Shown piece after piece: positions 50,714-64,000 of a stretch of DNA of 64,000 nt. The position numbers and the translations under genes were made by a program. The notes under the pieces are model-generated. The model was given only the letters and a program-made list of their open reading frames with translations, did no database searches and had not been told where the DNA came from. Within the stretch, counting starts at the first letter, position 1. Each line of letters opens with the position of its first letter. Origin of the DNA: Heptranchias perlo (taxonomy: Eukaryota); contig NC_090328.1 of NCBI RefSeq assembly GCF_035084215.1, forward strand, positions 74,896,001 through 74,960,000, written 5' to 3'.

Positions 50714-51129
50714 CTAGAGAGATTGAGTAAATTGGGCCTATATTCTCTGGAGTTTAGAAGAATGAGAGGTGATCTCATTGAAACCCATAAAATTCTTAGA
50801 GGGCTTGACAGGATAGATGCTGAGAGGTTGTTTCCCCTGGCTGAAAATTCTAGAACTAGGGGACATAGTCTCAGGATAAGGGGTCGGCCATTTAGGACTG
50901 AGATGAGGAGATTTAGAATTCTCTACCCCAGTGGGCTGTGGATGCTCAGTCGTTGAGTATATTCAAGGCTGAGATCGATAGATTTTTGGACTCTAGGGGA
51001 ATCAAGGGATACGGGGATCGGGCGGGAAAGTGGATTTGAGGTTGAAGATCAGCCATGATCTTAGTGAATGGTGAAGCAGGCTTGAGGGGCCATGTGGCCT
51101 ATTCCTGCTCTTATTTCTTATGTTCTTAT
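50714..51129 (+). mobile_element. CR1 LINE 3' fragment
   Basis: ORF 50723-50956 contains LEFRRMRGDLIET. Tail tatttcttatgttcttat. Confidence 0.9.
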
Positions 51130-51458
51130 TTTTTTTGAATCTGGAATCATTTCAAGTCTGTTAATTTTGAACTCGCACGCTCTGGTTCAGTAATCATAGT
51201 CCAAAGTGAATAATCTGGTTTTGTTCACATTATCCATTTTAATAACTTGGATATGTACTGAAATGTGTCAGCATTCTGCCACAGAAAGGTACATTCTAAA
51301 TATTACTTCATAATTAGACAGGATAGTAAGACCAGAGGAATCTCCATGATTTCATGCAGAATAGCAAAAAAACTAACTTGGATTGGACCAGAATGAATTT
51401 TTTCATATAAAGGGTGTTAATGCCTGGAATAATCTGCCAGGCAGGGTAGTAGAGATGG

Positions 51459-52070
51459 AGGACTGGATTTTCCTCCACTATACTATCTGAAATTGGGCGG
51501 TATAGGAATGGGATGGGGAGGCCTACCACTGGATCCCTGTTCCTAAAAACAATGTTTGAAATTTTTCTCATCCCCTCCCTCCCTCAGCAGCCCGACACTT
51601 GACTGCTTGTTGCATTTAAATAACAACAGGGGCGAGGCTAGGAAACTGGCCAATTGCCCTGCAGTACCAACAGTATAGGGGTGGCGATACTTGCTGGGGC
51701 AACAGCAGAAGGATTGCTGATGAAAGGAGAGAATTGATAGTGTCTACTTCTCTCTCTTTTCTGTCATCATGATTCTTGCAACAGAAATGAAAGCTCCTTA
51801 CAAATTAAAAGAAAAACTCTTCTAGGCGGTTTTCTGGCCCCCTTTAATGCTGACTCCTCCTTCCAGCACAGCAGCAGGTGTTCTGCAGCAATGCCACCAC
51901 ATTTTACTGCCTGGCAGTGGTGGGTTCCCTCTACATGGCAGAGAACCTGCCTTGCATCTTTAATTAGGCCCAATCCAGGAAAATGGGCCGGGTTCACAAA
52001 GGGATTGGAGGAGCCCCAACAACTTCAGTGGTGAAACTGCCCTGGAGAGAAATCAAGCCTGCAATTTTTA
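51459..52070. mobile_element. Possible old MITE
   Basis: Ends GGACTGGATTTTC and GAAATCAAGCCT. GC-richer island within AT-rich intron. Confidence 0.35.
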
Positions 52071-53799
52071 AGGGCATTGAAAACACAGTTGGATGTTAAA
52101 TAGCTTGATGAACTTCAGGTGGGGGGGGTGTGGAAGGTTGAATGGCCTATTCCTTATTTTTACTAATGTTATAACAATACAAACCTGTGTACTGAAAGTA
52201 TTGATAAGATGTACAACACTTATATGGCATACTTGGCTATTGATCAACATTAGGATTAATTAGAAATCAACAGGCACAGTGAACAGATATTAATTTAATG
52301 ACAGCTTTCAGCATCCATGGTGAATGCCCTAGTAGTCAGCCATGGTGACAAAGAAACCTTCCCTTTATTTATGTTACTATCACTACCAGTCTCTAACATT
52401 TAAATATCTGAAATCCAAAAGATGCTGCATTGTTGTCTCTTTTTGTAGTTAATATTTAGGGACAGCAGGAATGGTTCATTTTGTTTAGGTTTGTTTCCCT
52501 GCAATAAATGTAAAGCATGATTCAACAGCATTCCACAGCAACACAGGCACTAAACTCCACTCCATCTTCCTGTAAACTTAGATAGAGAGAAGTCACTCAC
52601 CTCACCTCTGCACTAACTAGAAAGACAAAATAGAAGCGTACACAACATATGCACTCTATGTTGCAGAATTGCAACCTTGCAGAATTGCAACCTTGCATCA
52701 AACAGGTTCCCTCACTGTGAGCTGCATTTGGTAATATAAATCTGATCTACCCTGTTCTAAAGAAGTTTCCTGATTTGCTGACAGTATTAAGAATTTCTGT
52801 GTTAATCTGCTAAACACATTGAGACAGTTCAGTGCACTTCATTGTGATGCAAAATGGCAACATGACACTAACGCATAGGACCGGCTCAGCACCATTTTCC
52901 CAACATAGAAAAATTTACAGGCAATTGCTACCCTGTCTACCTTGCTAAACGAATTTTGCATGTATCTGATTTTACTGAGACTAATTAATGAAGTGACCAA
53001 GTATTACGCCACATTAACTAATCAATTCAGCCATCCAAGCAGAAACATAAGCTGCTGATGGAGATGAGCTAAACAGCTGCATAAACTTGCTGTCAGGGCA
53101 CTAGCTCAGAGATTTCAATAAAGTTCGGCAGCATATGAATTATTCATCAGTCTCACTTGCACAATATTCACTGAATAGTGAAGAGTTTGCTAAGGATACA
53201 TAGCTTTCTAGTGTATCCAAAAATAGCAAACAATTTGTTTTCAGCCCTGCCTCAAGCTGGTCCTTGGCAAGCTTACAGAAAGGCTGGAACAAAGTGGCAG
53301 TATAAATGGAGCAGTGCAGTGCACGAAAGTCACTCACTCCAGGCTGCAGCAAAGAAAGGGTCATATAAAAGCGCCCACATCCCCCATTCTGAATCCGAAC
53401 TCAATTTTTAAAATATAATTATTTCAGTTTTTTTAATGGACTAGGGTGACTACAGATCAGTTGGTCTGTGTGAAAACTTCAAATTTCTAGTTACTCCACT
53501 ATTGTACAATTATTTTTGAGGTCTGTTCCCTCCCGATCTCTGTGCTTTTTTTATACCCCTCATCATCCTGATCTTGCTGCTTCCAGTTGCCTACCCCATG
53601 CAGTCTCTCCATTGATCAACATTGTGACAGTGTGAATACGTTAGGAAATAGGGAGGAAAAGGTGTTGCAAAAATATACAGACAAGGTGAGACAGAAGAGT
53701 AAGAATGGAAAGAAAACAGGAAAGTGAAAATAAATAAAGGAGAAAAGCAGAAGGAGGAAAAGAGGTGAAAGGAAGAAACATCTTGCATTTATATAGTGC

Positions 53800-54080
53800 A
53801 TAGAATCTACAGTACAGAAACAGGCCAATCGGCCCAACTGGTCTATGCAAGTGTTTATACTCCACTTGAGCCTCCTCCCATTCTATTTATCTCCTTCTAC
53901 CCTGACCCTGTTTCCCTCAATTCCCTTCTCCCTCTTGTATGCTTCAATGCTATCTGCTTCAACCACTCCATGTGGCAGCGAGTTCCACATTCTCAACACT
54001 CTCTGTATAAAGAAATTCGTTCTAAATTCTTTATTTGTTCTGCTAGTGGCTATGCTTCCTTGTTCTGGACTCACCAACAA
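53800..54080 (-). mobile_element. CR1 3' tail fragment
   Basis: ORF 53883-54080 contains FRTNFFIQRVLRMWNSLPHGVVEADS. Confidence 0.82.
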
Positions 54081-54324
54081 GTGAATAAGTACCTTATCAT
54101 ATCTCTTAGAAACGTCTCAAAGTGTTTTACACACAATGAATTAACTTAAATACAGTTAGTGATAGGAAGGGAGGACAGGAAAAGAGAAGTGAGAAGAGAA
54201 AAATAGGAGGGACGGTGGAAAAGGGAGAGGGAAAGAGGCAGTGACACTTGTAAAAAAAAAGACTAGTCAGGAAACTAGTACCAGTATTCTTAGACAAAGG
54301 GCATAAGAGGCTATGACAATCTTT

Positions 54325-56142
54325 AGTAGATAAGTCACCCGGTCCGGATGGGATGCATCCTAGGTTGCTGAGGGAAGTCAGGGTGAAATTGCAGAGGTAC
54401 TGGCCATAATCTTCCAAACATTCTTAGATATGGGGTGGTGCCAGAGGACTGGAGAATTGCAAATGTTACACCCTTGTTCAAAAAAGGGTGTAAGGATAAA
54501 CCCAGCAACTACAGGCCAGTCAGTTTAACCTCGGTGGTGGGGAAACTTTTAGAAATGGTAATCTGGAACAGAATTAGCAGTCATTTGGACAAGTGTGGAT
54601 TGATTAGGGAAAGCCAGCATGGATTTGTTAAAGGCAAATCTTGTTTAACTAACTTGATAGAGTTTTTTGATGAGGTAACAGAGAGGGTAGATGAGGACAT
54701 TACGGTTGATGTGGTGTATATGAGCTTTCAAAAGGCATTTGACAAAGTGCATATAAGAGGGAGAAGGGAATTGAGGGAAACAGGGTCAGGGTAGAAGGAG
54801 GTAAATAGAATGGGAGGAGGCTCAAGTGGAGTATAAACACTTGCATAGACCAGTTGGGCCGATTGGCCTGTTTCTGTACTGTAGATTCTATGCACTATAT
54901 AAATGCAAGATGTTTCTTCCTTTCACCTCTTTTCCTCCCTCTGCTTTTCTCCTTTATTTATTTTCACTTTCTTGTTTTCTTCCTTGACAAAGTGCCACAT
55001 AATAGGCTTGTCATCAAGATTGAAGTCCATGGAATAAAGGGGCCAGTAACAGCATGGATACAAAACTGGCTAAGTAACAGGAAGCAGAGAGTACTGGTAA
55101 GCGGTTATTTTTCGGACTGGAGGGAGGTGTACAGTGGTGTTCCCCAGGGGTCAGTACTAGGACCACTGCTTTTCTTGATATATATTAATGACTTGGACTT
55201 GGGTATACAGGGCACAATTTGCAAATTTGCAGATGACACAAAACTTGGAAGTGTAGTGAACAGTGAGGATGATACAGACAGGCTGGTGGCAAGGGTGGAC
55301 ATGTGGCAGATGAAACTTATCGTGGAAAAATGCAAAGTGATACTTTTCAGTGGGAAGAATGAGGCGAGGCAATATAAACTAAAGAGCACAATTCTAAAAG
55401 GGGTACAGGAACAGAGAGATCTGGGGGTATATGTGCACAAATCGTTGAAGATGGTAGAACAGGTTGAGAAAGTGGTTAAAAAAGCATACGGGATCCTGAG
55501 CTTTATAAATAGAAGCATAGAGTACAAAAGCAAGGAAATTATGTTGAACCTTTATAAAACACTGATTTGGCCACAAATCAGAAGCATTGCGTCCAGTTCT
55601 GGGCACCGCACTTTAGGAAAGATGTGAAGGCTTTAGAGAGGGTGCAGAAGAGATTTACTAGGATGATTCCAGAGATAAGGGACTTTTGTTATGTGGATAG
55701 ACTGGAGAAGCTAGGATTGTTCTCCTTGGAGCAGAGAAGGTTGAGAGGAGATTTGCTAGAAGATTTGATAGAGGTATTCAAAATCATGAAGGGTCTAGAC
55801 AGAGTAGATAGAGAGAAACCTTTCCCATTGGCAGAAGGGTCAACAACCAAAGGACATAGATTTAAGGTGATTGGTTCTTTTGTCAAAGGGAACATGAGGA
55901 AAAACTTTTTCACAGTGAGCGGTTAGGATCTGGAATGCACTTCCAGAAGGGGTGGTGGAGGCAGATTCAATCATGGCCTTCAAAAGGGAACTGGATAACT
56001 ACTTGAAAGGAAAAAATTTGCAGCGCTACAGGGATAGGGCGGGGGAGTGGGACCAGCTGGATTGCTTTTGTGTAGAGCCGGCACGGAATCGATGGGCCGA
56101 ATGGCTTCCTTCCTTGCTGTAACCTTTCTATGATTCTATGAT
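54325..56142 (+). mobile_element. CR1 LINE RT-to-tail portion, interrupted at 54751-54983
   Basis: EDWRIANVTPLFKKG, FQKAFDKV|DKVPHNRL and FADDTK. Tail ttctatgattctatgatt. Confidence 0.92.
54751..54983 (-). repeat. Inverted local duplicate of 53707-53942, flanked by a 12-bp TSD
   Basis: Near-identical reverse complement with only a handful of differences. TTGACAAAGTGC at 54739-54750 and 54984-54995. Confidence 0.93.
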
Positions 56143-56276
56143 TTTGGTGCAGTCTGCTCCAGAAAGGTTTGAAATGGTGAGGACTGGTCTGAAAAAGGTT
56201 TTAAAGTATGGATAGAAGCAATGATAACCCCTGAGTAAACTGCCCCTTGTATAATCTTCACCACAAAACTCAACAG

Positions 56277-56775
56277 AGCTGATTTTAACTTGGCCTGCCA
56301 GGAGGAAACGAGATGGTAGTGGCCTTAAAATAATTGTGCTGCATTTATCACCCTGTTCTCACTTAGATCCCACCCACTGCCATTTTCCTGGGACCTTCCG
56401 CTGCGTGGCCAGGCGCCCGCCTGTATAATGAGAGAGCCTCTGCACTGCATGCAAATCGGAGTCCTAAGACATATGTAGAATGAAGTGCGCCGTGCATACT
56501 CCACCCAGTTATACTGAGCGGTGAAGCAGAAAAGACAAGTATAGAATTATATTTGTGGGGCGAGGTGCAACAGGAGTGCTCGTCCTAGCTTTACAAAAAT
56601 ACTTAGCTGCTGGCCAACTTGCCGTTCAGGCTGCTTGATATTAGGCTAGCCAGTGTGCTGCAGCGGGATGGCCGTTTAGGGCATGGAGCTTGCTGGTGGC
56701 ATGGAAACGAGGCATGGCTCTTGAAATAGCTCAGGCCTTCTGCCCGTTCTGTGCCAGGAGTTAAAAATCTCCCCC
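56277..56775. mobile_element. Probable old MITE of the same superfamily
   Basis: Ends GAGCTGATTTTAAC and GTTAAAAATCTCCCC. Degenerate ttgtggggc..gaggtgc..caggagtgctc core. Confidence 0.5.
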
Positions 56776-57649
56776 AACATCTCCTTTTATTTATTCCTCA
56801 CCAATTTTTCTCTCCTACTTCGTCCCCTTGCTGGGATGTAGTTCAAAGGATACTGGCCACCATCTTGTACTTCGCCCAGGAATTCATTTTTCATGTGTGA
56901 GCTTTGACAATGAGTGTCATCAGAGTATTTGACTACAGGTGACCTGGGGGAAGGGGGAGTAATTGTGAAAGGGGAAAGCTGTCAGGCGAGGAGTTACTGT
57001 AAAAGAGGAAATGATGCGGGGTATGGTAGTCTGCATAGGGCAACTGTTAGAATGCGGCGTGCAGCCATGGAGAAGAAGGGGGTTCAAATTTTACTCAGTG
57101 TGTGGGCGGTGGGGGGGGGGAGCAAAAATCTTGTTTGTTGTGGGAGGAAGTAAGGGGTATGATTTTGCTCAGTGGATGGGGCTTAATATTGCTCAGTGTT
57201 AAGGGGCGTTTGAGGCCACAAAAATAGCTGCGGGCGGGGGGGGGGGGGGGGGGGGGAGGGGGAGGAGGAGAGAAGGAGTAAAGGTCCAACTTTTGGTTAG
57301 TTCTATTGACTTTGTAAATTACTTAAGAAATTAGTGCACCAAATTTTCCTTTATCACATTAGCACTTTATTCACAACTCAAAATCTTGATTTCCTTTCTA
57401 CAGTCGCAAGGAGACCAGAGATTTCAGGGTGGGAAGTAATCAGAGATGTTCAGCTGTTGCCAGGCTGGGAATAGCATCTTTTAGGTGCTGGATATCAACC
57501 TGCAGCGATCAGTCATTTTGAAATTCATTAGTAACAAGTGCTATATTCAGCTGTGCACTCAAGTCTGATAATTTGCCAGCCTGAAATCTTGTGCCACCCG
57601 ACCCTTGAAGATGAGAATTAAAATGAAGATTTTCCTACCAAATGAGAAG

Positions 57650-58900
57650 AGTTTGATAAAACATCTTTGATTTAGAATATCTAAAAATGTGTCTGCTTTG
57701 GATATCCCTACTTTGCATTGTTGTCCCCAACTGCAGCATCCAATTGTTAAATAATTTTGCCTCCATTGCTGTAAGAACCCATTCTATGTGTTGATCACTC
57801 TTTGTGTGAAGAACAACTTCCTGACATGAGTCTTAAATTTTCCTTCCACTAGTTTGGTCTCCTTGTCCTCTTCATACAATTTACTTTTTCCATACCATTA
57901 ACTATCTTGTATAAGATCACCTCTTGAGTTTCCCTTTCAAGGCTGAAAAGCTCAGTTTCTTAGTTTTTTTCCTCGGGTCTAAATCTCTGACATTAGGGAT
58001 CAGCTTTGTGGCTCTTTTCTGCACTGCCTTGACCCCTCAAATGTCTCCCTTATGTCTCAATGACTCAAATGTGGTCTGACTATATAGTTCAATGTTCTAT
58101 TGACTTTTTTGACTGATACTCTGCAATGGTAGGACATGTTGAGGGTAAGATTCCTAGATCCCTTTCAACTTCATCCTTAGCTGTGTTAACATAATTCATG
58201 GAGTATATGTGTCGCCCCTTTTTGTATCCTATGTGAACTTTATGTGCTCCCTCCTCTGATTCCACTGCCTTTCTAGTTTGGGATCATCTGCAAATGTTAC
58301 CAATTTACATCGGGTTTCTTTATCTAATTAATTCATGTAAATTAGGAACAGCACTGTTCTATACATTGATCCTTGGATACCCATTTAGCAACCCCCCCCC
58401 CCGCCAACATAATTCATTCAGCAAGTACCTGTTATTTTCTAACCTTCAACCATTTTCTTATCCATTCCAATAATTTTCTTTAAATCTGCACAGCTTTAAT
58501 CTTGCCTAATAGCCTTTCATTCAGAACTTTGTCAAAATTGTCTTTTGCAGGACTAGGTACAACACATCGTAGGGTTTGCCACAATCCACTTGGAATGTCA
58601 CTTCCTCTAAGAAGTCAAGGAAGTTGGTCAGGCATTCTGAACCTATGTTGGCTATTGTTTACTGGGTCATTATGGTATAAATAATCATCAATTTTACATA
58701 GGGTTGAAGTTAGACGACTGGGTCTACAGTTGCACTATGTTGGTCTTTTGCAATCTACTAGTCAGTGTCGAGTGACTCAGTCAAAATGATTTTCAATATC
58801 TTGCAAATCTTCTCCCTAGTTTCTCATAGCACTTTGGAGTAAATACCATCTATTTTGGTCTGACCATTGCACTACATTTGTTGTAAGACGTCAGCCTTTA
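57650..58900 (-). mobile_element. Highly decayed CR1 LINE
   Basis: Residual similarity to CR1 ORF2: ctttgtgtgaagaac, ataagatcacctc, tcatctgcaaat (FADD) and ctttgtcaaa (FDKV). Confidence 0.6.
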
Positions 58901-58954
58901 CTACAGAATACATTTATGGACCATAAAGCTTACCTAAAGTATGCAAAACTATAC

Positions 58955-59943
58955 CTGGCATTTCTTCAGCTCCCTTTTCAGTTGAAGTATTGTAATGTGA
59001 TGAGAATCTTGTCCTCCAATTCCAATTCCGCTTTCAGTGCCAAGTGTGTCAGGCAATTCATTTTGCATTTCCTCTACCATGTTGAACCACTCCTTCATCT
59101 TTTGCCACTGGCTTTCTTTCAAACTGTTTGTATCTCTAAATTCCAAAAGGAAGTGCAAGGCCTCATCTATGCAATGTTTATAGTGATAGCTTTCCACCTG
59201 TAGATGGGCCACCTGCTCCTCCAGAGAATGGATTCGTTTTTTGTCCTGACTCAACAAGTCCTGTGAAACCTGGCTGGCATGGGTCAGCAGGCTTGTCTGT
59301 TGATTCTGCAGTGCCTCCCGGAGTGTTTTGATTTGTAGTTCCATCTCATCTATCCGATCCCAGTCTGGGTCATAATTTACAATAGGTTTGTTTCTTATGT
59401 CCCTGGCTCTATTGGCATACTTCAAAGTGTTAAGGGATTCATCAAAACTAGACGATGAGGGGCTAATGCATGCAATCATTGCAGTTTTAGCATTCCCTCC
59501 AAGAGAGTCCTTTAACAAACGGGTTATCTTAGTATCCCTATATGGAATGTGTATACTTTTTCTCTTTGGGTCTCCAAGAGCACTGATCACATTCCCAAGT
59601 GCCAAGAGACCACTGTTTATTTGAACTGATTCCTTAAATCGTTCACCTGTGTTCCCTGTTTTTGTAACCCTTTCTGAACCAGCTAAGTCCACAAAGCAAA
59701 ATTTGGAAGAGATCAGTTGAAATGATTTCTGTGATTCTTTTATAAAGTTGTCCTCATCATTATTTGATTGCTGTCCATTTTGAGGTCGCTTTTGATTGAG
59801 ATACATTGTGAAAATGGCATGTGACCGACTGGAGTGCTCGTTCATCTGTGTGGTGCCTGTGTGACGGGCTGCATTGCCAGCCTCCAAGAGACTCATCATT
59901 TCATCTGGTGTTTCAATCTCACACTCCTTGGCCCCAATGATCA
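58955..59943 (-). CDS. KIF27: KIF27 large coding exon (989 bp): motor switch I/II, neck and first coiled coil
   Basis: ctag|TGATCATT acceptor and CCAG|gtatag donor. Contains NEHSSRSHAIF, VDLAGSER, HIPYRDTKITRLLKDSLGGNAKT and ESLNTLKYANRA. A single large motor exon matches KIF27 rather than KIF7 structure. Confidence 0.97.
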
Positions 59944-62211
59944 CTAGAACAAACAATGTGTTAATTAGTCCTTCGATAAACAGTACGATGCGCATGGGAA
60001 AGGTGGTACAACTAGCTTCATATTACTTTATACTGAGTCACCTAGTGGACCATTGGGCAAATGCACTTGAAGGTATAGTAGTGATCAGGAAAATCACAAG
60101 TGTGATTCCTGGTCTGCACCAAGTTAGCTCATCTCAACTAGGGCACCAGTGGAAGCACTAAAATTGGCCTCTGCATTCCTAGGGGAGGGTGAAAAACAAA
60201 CATTCAACAACTCAATGATTAAATTAAATGGTTATATCATTATTTTTTGCAAATCTAATTTCATTCAAAGCATCATAACTGAAATTTGCAAAACTCTGTC
60301 CCTACCACGGAGTCTCACTCAACAAGAACACAAATTGGATAATCAGGCATGGAAGTAAGTTTACCTAATTTGCTACGCTCCTGATTTTCCAACCATTAAA
60401 ATTAATGGGGCTGAAAATCACAGGAACATCGAGAATCAGGCATACTGATTCCCCAATTCAGTGAGACTCCACACTGCAAGAAGTTTTAATTTGTATTTCC
60501 ATTTCATCTACCCAATCCCAGTCAAAATTAAGGGCACACAATCACTGTGCAACACTGGGGCTCAAAACTGCCTTAAAACAGCTGTTTGTATAGAAAATGG
60601 CAGCTAATGAATAGAAGTTTGGTCACAATTCAAATCATAAGAAAGTCTCTTTTAGTTACCTATTTGAGATTTCTGGTCACTTTACAATTGCATTACAGAA
60701 AACATATGGTCCCTTGGTTGAACTAGAATCGACATTCTGTAAATGTAGCTAGAAAGTACAATGTGAGGAAAACTAGGTCCACAGACGCCACAGCCAGATA
60801 TGGCTACCATTGCGCTTCTTGTCCTTGATATTATAATATCTTTTAATTGCGAAGCCATTAGTATTAATCTCACTAGAACTACTTTCTGATATCTATCAGC
60901 ATAATTAGCAAGCCACACAATCCAGTTGATTGTTAGCTTGTTACCTTGGTTGGATGGAGCCAGACAGACTGGGAGGGCAGCTGTATGCCTTTAAACCCCA
61001 AGGTGAGCGACAGCTGTATTTTTTTAGTTTTGATCTCTCTTGTACTGGGAATAGATGAATGACTTATAACCTGGTTATCCTGATGGCAGGAAGTCCCACA
61101 GTATGTCTTTGCGACTAGGGGTCATTGACAGCCCCATGCTCAGCCAGAGATATTTCTAGTGGCCCTCTCTCTCAGCTTGCGAGTTCTATCTTGTATCATT
61201 GTACCCATAGCTGATGTGGAGGTGAGTTCTTGTGGAACTGCATGGGCTATAACGAAAACCCATATTTAAGATTTATAGTGCATGCTAGTCCAGCTTTAGT
61301 ATTATTTATAGTATCAGCAAAGTGTAATTTATTTTATTTCTGTACCTGAGGAGAGAGCACGAGTTAAAAGTTCTGTAAAAGCAGTGCTAGCTTCTGTATT
61401 GTTTATCGCAACTGCTTTTTTTTTTTACTTTTAATAAACCTGTTCTGGAATTTATAGCCAACGACATGGTCAAATAGTGTTTATTCTTCTGGTTTCTGAA
61501 ATCTAGGAGATCAGGAGATGGCTTGGGTCATATCCAGTAAGCAAAATATAGTACCAAGGGTTTCTGTTCGGCCCCTGGATAACACTATATTACCAGATAT
61601 TGTGCGTGTAATGTCACACTTTGATTAATGGAGAGCGAGGACTTCCTTAAGGGAGTGGCCTTTGATGCAGAGCACGAGAAAAATGTATCTAGGTAAAGCC
61701 TAAAAATAACACTTTGGGATAGAAGTGATGATACAATCATGTACAAAGAAAGCCTTTAAGAAACCTCAAAAGTGATATACAGTCTAGCCCAACGAGTAAG
61801 TGGACATAAAAGAAAACAGGCAAACTACTGGGAACCAACTAGAGAGATGCATGTACAGTACTGTGTTAACTGTAGAGATCCAATCGCCCCAATTAGATCA
61901 CAATGAATGTTGAAGTGCCAACTTGCAATGTACAGGTGAATGGAAAATGCAAAAATAATGAACCCTGGAAACAAATCTGCTACAAACAACTGAAGCTAAT
62001 ATGACCATAACTGATGCAAACCAACGAGCAAACTTCTGACAAATCTTAAATGTAAAGAAAATACCTTCCATCAACTTAGAATACCTATTGTGCAAGCAGT
62101 GAGATGAGAGAAAAATAATTTAAAAATAAAATGGGAAGGAGAGAAAACACAGAAATACTTTAATTAAATGACTTCACCAGTTGAATTTACTTAACCATGT
62201 GGTAGGATTAC

Positions 62212-62412
62212 CTGTGTTTCCTTTTTCATCTTCTCTGATATGAATGTCTTTGCTGGTGCTCTGTAACTCCAACAGATCCCTCAGCTCTTCTTTGTACACT
62301 TCAATGTAGGATACTTTCACATTAAAGTCTACATTGTGATTTTCAGTGATGTTTTGGAAGATCTCGTGGATGGCACGTGGAATAATGGCTTTCAACTCAT
62401 CAGAAAATGAAG
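62212..62412 (-). CDS. KIF27: KIF27 internal coding exon (201 bp), kinesin motor domain
   Basis: aaag|CTTCATTT acceptor and ACAG|gtaatc donor. Encodes (A)SFSDELKAIIPRAIHEIFQNITENHNVDFNVKVSYIEVYKEELRDLLEL...IREDEKGNT, a kinesin-4 motor segment. Phase 1-1. Confidence 0.95.
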
Positions 62413-63579
62413 CTTTAGGTCATAAAAAAAAAACCTTGTAAATCTTTTAAATTAGATGCATTGTGCTAGAAATTTATCATTTCCTAATATGTATCACAAT
62501 TTAATCAGTAAACCATGTAATCTGGTCTAATCTTCAGTTTTTCTGAACTGTACATAACTTATATGGTGCAGCCACTGTAGTTATGTAGACGAGGGTTAAC
62601 ATACTGATGCAATATGTATATAGAGCAGCTGGACATCGTTTACCTTGGGGCTACTGTTTAAAAAATATATACTTTATAGGAGTGATTCCACGCTTGCAGG
62701 GTGGGCACCTCAGGAAATTGTGTGTGTGGAGCCTGTGATTTGCCAGAATGGGAAATCATGGGTTGTATGCCTGAAATTTCCTAAACTGTGCTCCCTGCAA
62801 GTGCCAAATCACAGCATCATCTTTTATAACCAGGACTTCCATTAACCTCGCATTGCCATCTGTGCAAAAGATTATGGTTTTACAAAATTATCATTGGATT
62901 ATAAATTCTGAAATGAAATTCAGACATCAGATCTAATTCTTAATAGAAATCCATTAATTTTTCCCCCTTTACTTTTGTGGTTTATAATGTGCTGGCATTA
63001 GTTTTTACTATTACTGAGGCTTTCAACAATTTTACTATTAACAGCAAATCAAACATCAAAACTCAGGCCATGAACCTCTCTATCCCATCTGGTCCCAGAT
63101 TAGCTGGAGTGATGGATGCTATGGAGAGTCTATTGCATCTGTCCCATACATGCCTTCAAAACAGGATGAGGTTTCAAAATATGTAGCTCCTAGTCTGCTC
63201 AATCCATCCATATTGAAAATGACAACACTGCTATGGTAGCAAGAATGCGATAAGTCTTGAAATTAATTTAAAATAAAACAAATAAACAAAAATACTTAGC
63301 TGGCAAATAGTTACTGACAGAATATTGTCAATTCTACTCCAAATACAGTAAACTATGCTTCAATTGCCTGTAATGACTTAATTTGTTCGTAAAATAAGAA
63401 TGTGTCACACTGCATTCCAAGTAACAGATATTTCTGTTTTTGTTTTGAAAGGTTATTTTATTCCTCTTCCCTTTTCTTGGAACTCCCCATATCTACTACC
63501 ATCCTGGGAGAGAGAGCTAGCCTCCTCCAAACCCTCTACCAAAGGCTCTCCAGAAACAGCCACTACAATTGTGCACAGG

Positions 63580-64000
63580 ACATGAGAACATATGTAATAG
63601 GAGCAGGAGTAGGCCATATGGCCCCTCAAGCCTGCTCCACCATTCAATAAGATCATGGCTGATCTTCTACTTCAACTCCACTTTACGGCCCTATCCCCAT
63701 ATCCCTTGATTCCCTTAGTGTCCAAATATCCATCGATCTCAGTTTTGAATACTCAACGACTGAGCATCCACAGCCCTCTGGGGTAGAGAATTCCAAAGAT
63801 TCACAACCCTCTGAGTGAAGACATTTCTCCTCATCTCAGTCCTAAATGGCCGACCCCTTATCTTGAGACTATGACCCCTAGTTCTAGACTCTCCAGCCAG
63901 GGGAAACAGCCTCTCAGCATCTACCCTGTCAAGCCCTCTAAAAATTTTATACGTTTCAATGAGATCACCTCTCATTCTTCTAAACGCCAGCGAATATAGG
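63580..64000 (-). mobile_element. CR1 LINE 3' end (continues beyond the window)
   Basis: ORF 63739-63975 contains MRGDLIETYKIFRGLDRVDAERLFP...FTQRVVNLWNSLP. Confidence 0.92.

Noticed and set aside
57234-57270. Long G-runs as G-quadruplex elements (also 6141-6156 and 35438-35478)
   Set aside because: These are simple homopolymers inside repeats, prone to slippage or sequencing error, with no evidence of function.
58955-59943. Calling the gene KIF7
   Set aside because: The single large motor exon, exon phases and the VHTSPP..LDR..AGFRTRSQML segment fit KIF27, not its paralogue KIF7.

Overview
Vertebrate genomic DNA whose repeat content points to a cartilaginous fish (shark). It is not prokaryotic, and most of the supplied ORFs are repeat-derived or spurious. 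One host gene spans the window on the minus strand: the kinesin-4 gene KIF27. Ten internal coding exons (62412 down to 12003) join in frame with canonical GT-AG sites, and the first and last coding exons lie outside the window. The introns are filled with decayed CR1 LINEs, an L2, Penelope-like remnants carrying minimal hammerhead ribozyme cores, PIF/Harbinger transposons (transposase plus spliced Myb/SANT gene) and related MITEs. The top finding is a second LINE family (4 copies, near-full-length at 1302-4519). It starts with a tRNA-like A-box/B-box head, has no ORF1, has no TTTT on its sense strand over about 3.2 kb, and ends in AATAAA...T-run + A-tail. These features suggest an autonomous, protein-coding retrotransposon transcribed by RNA polymerase III. 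Repeat boundaries were read by eye and are approximate unless a TSD or TIR is quoted.
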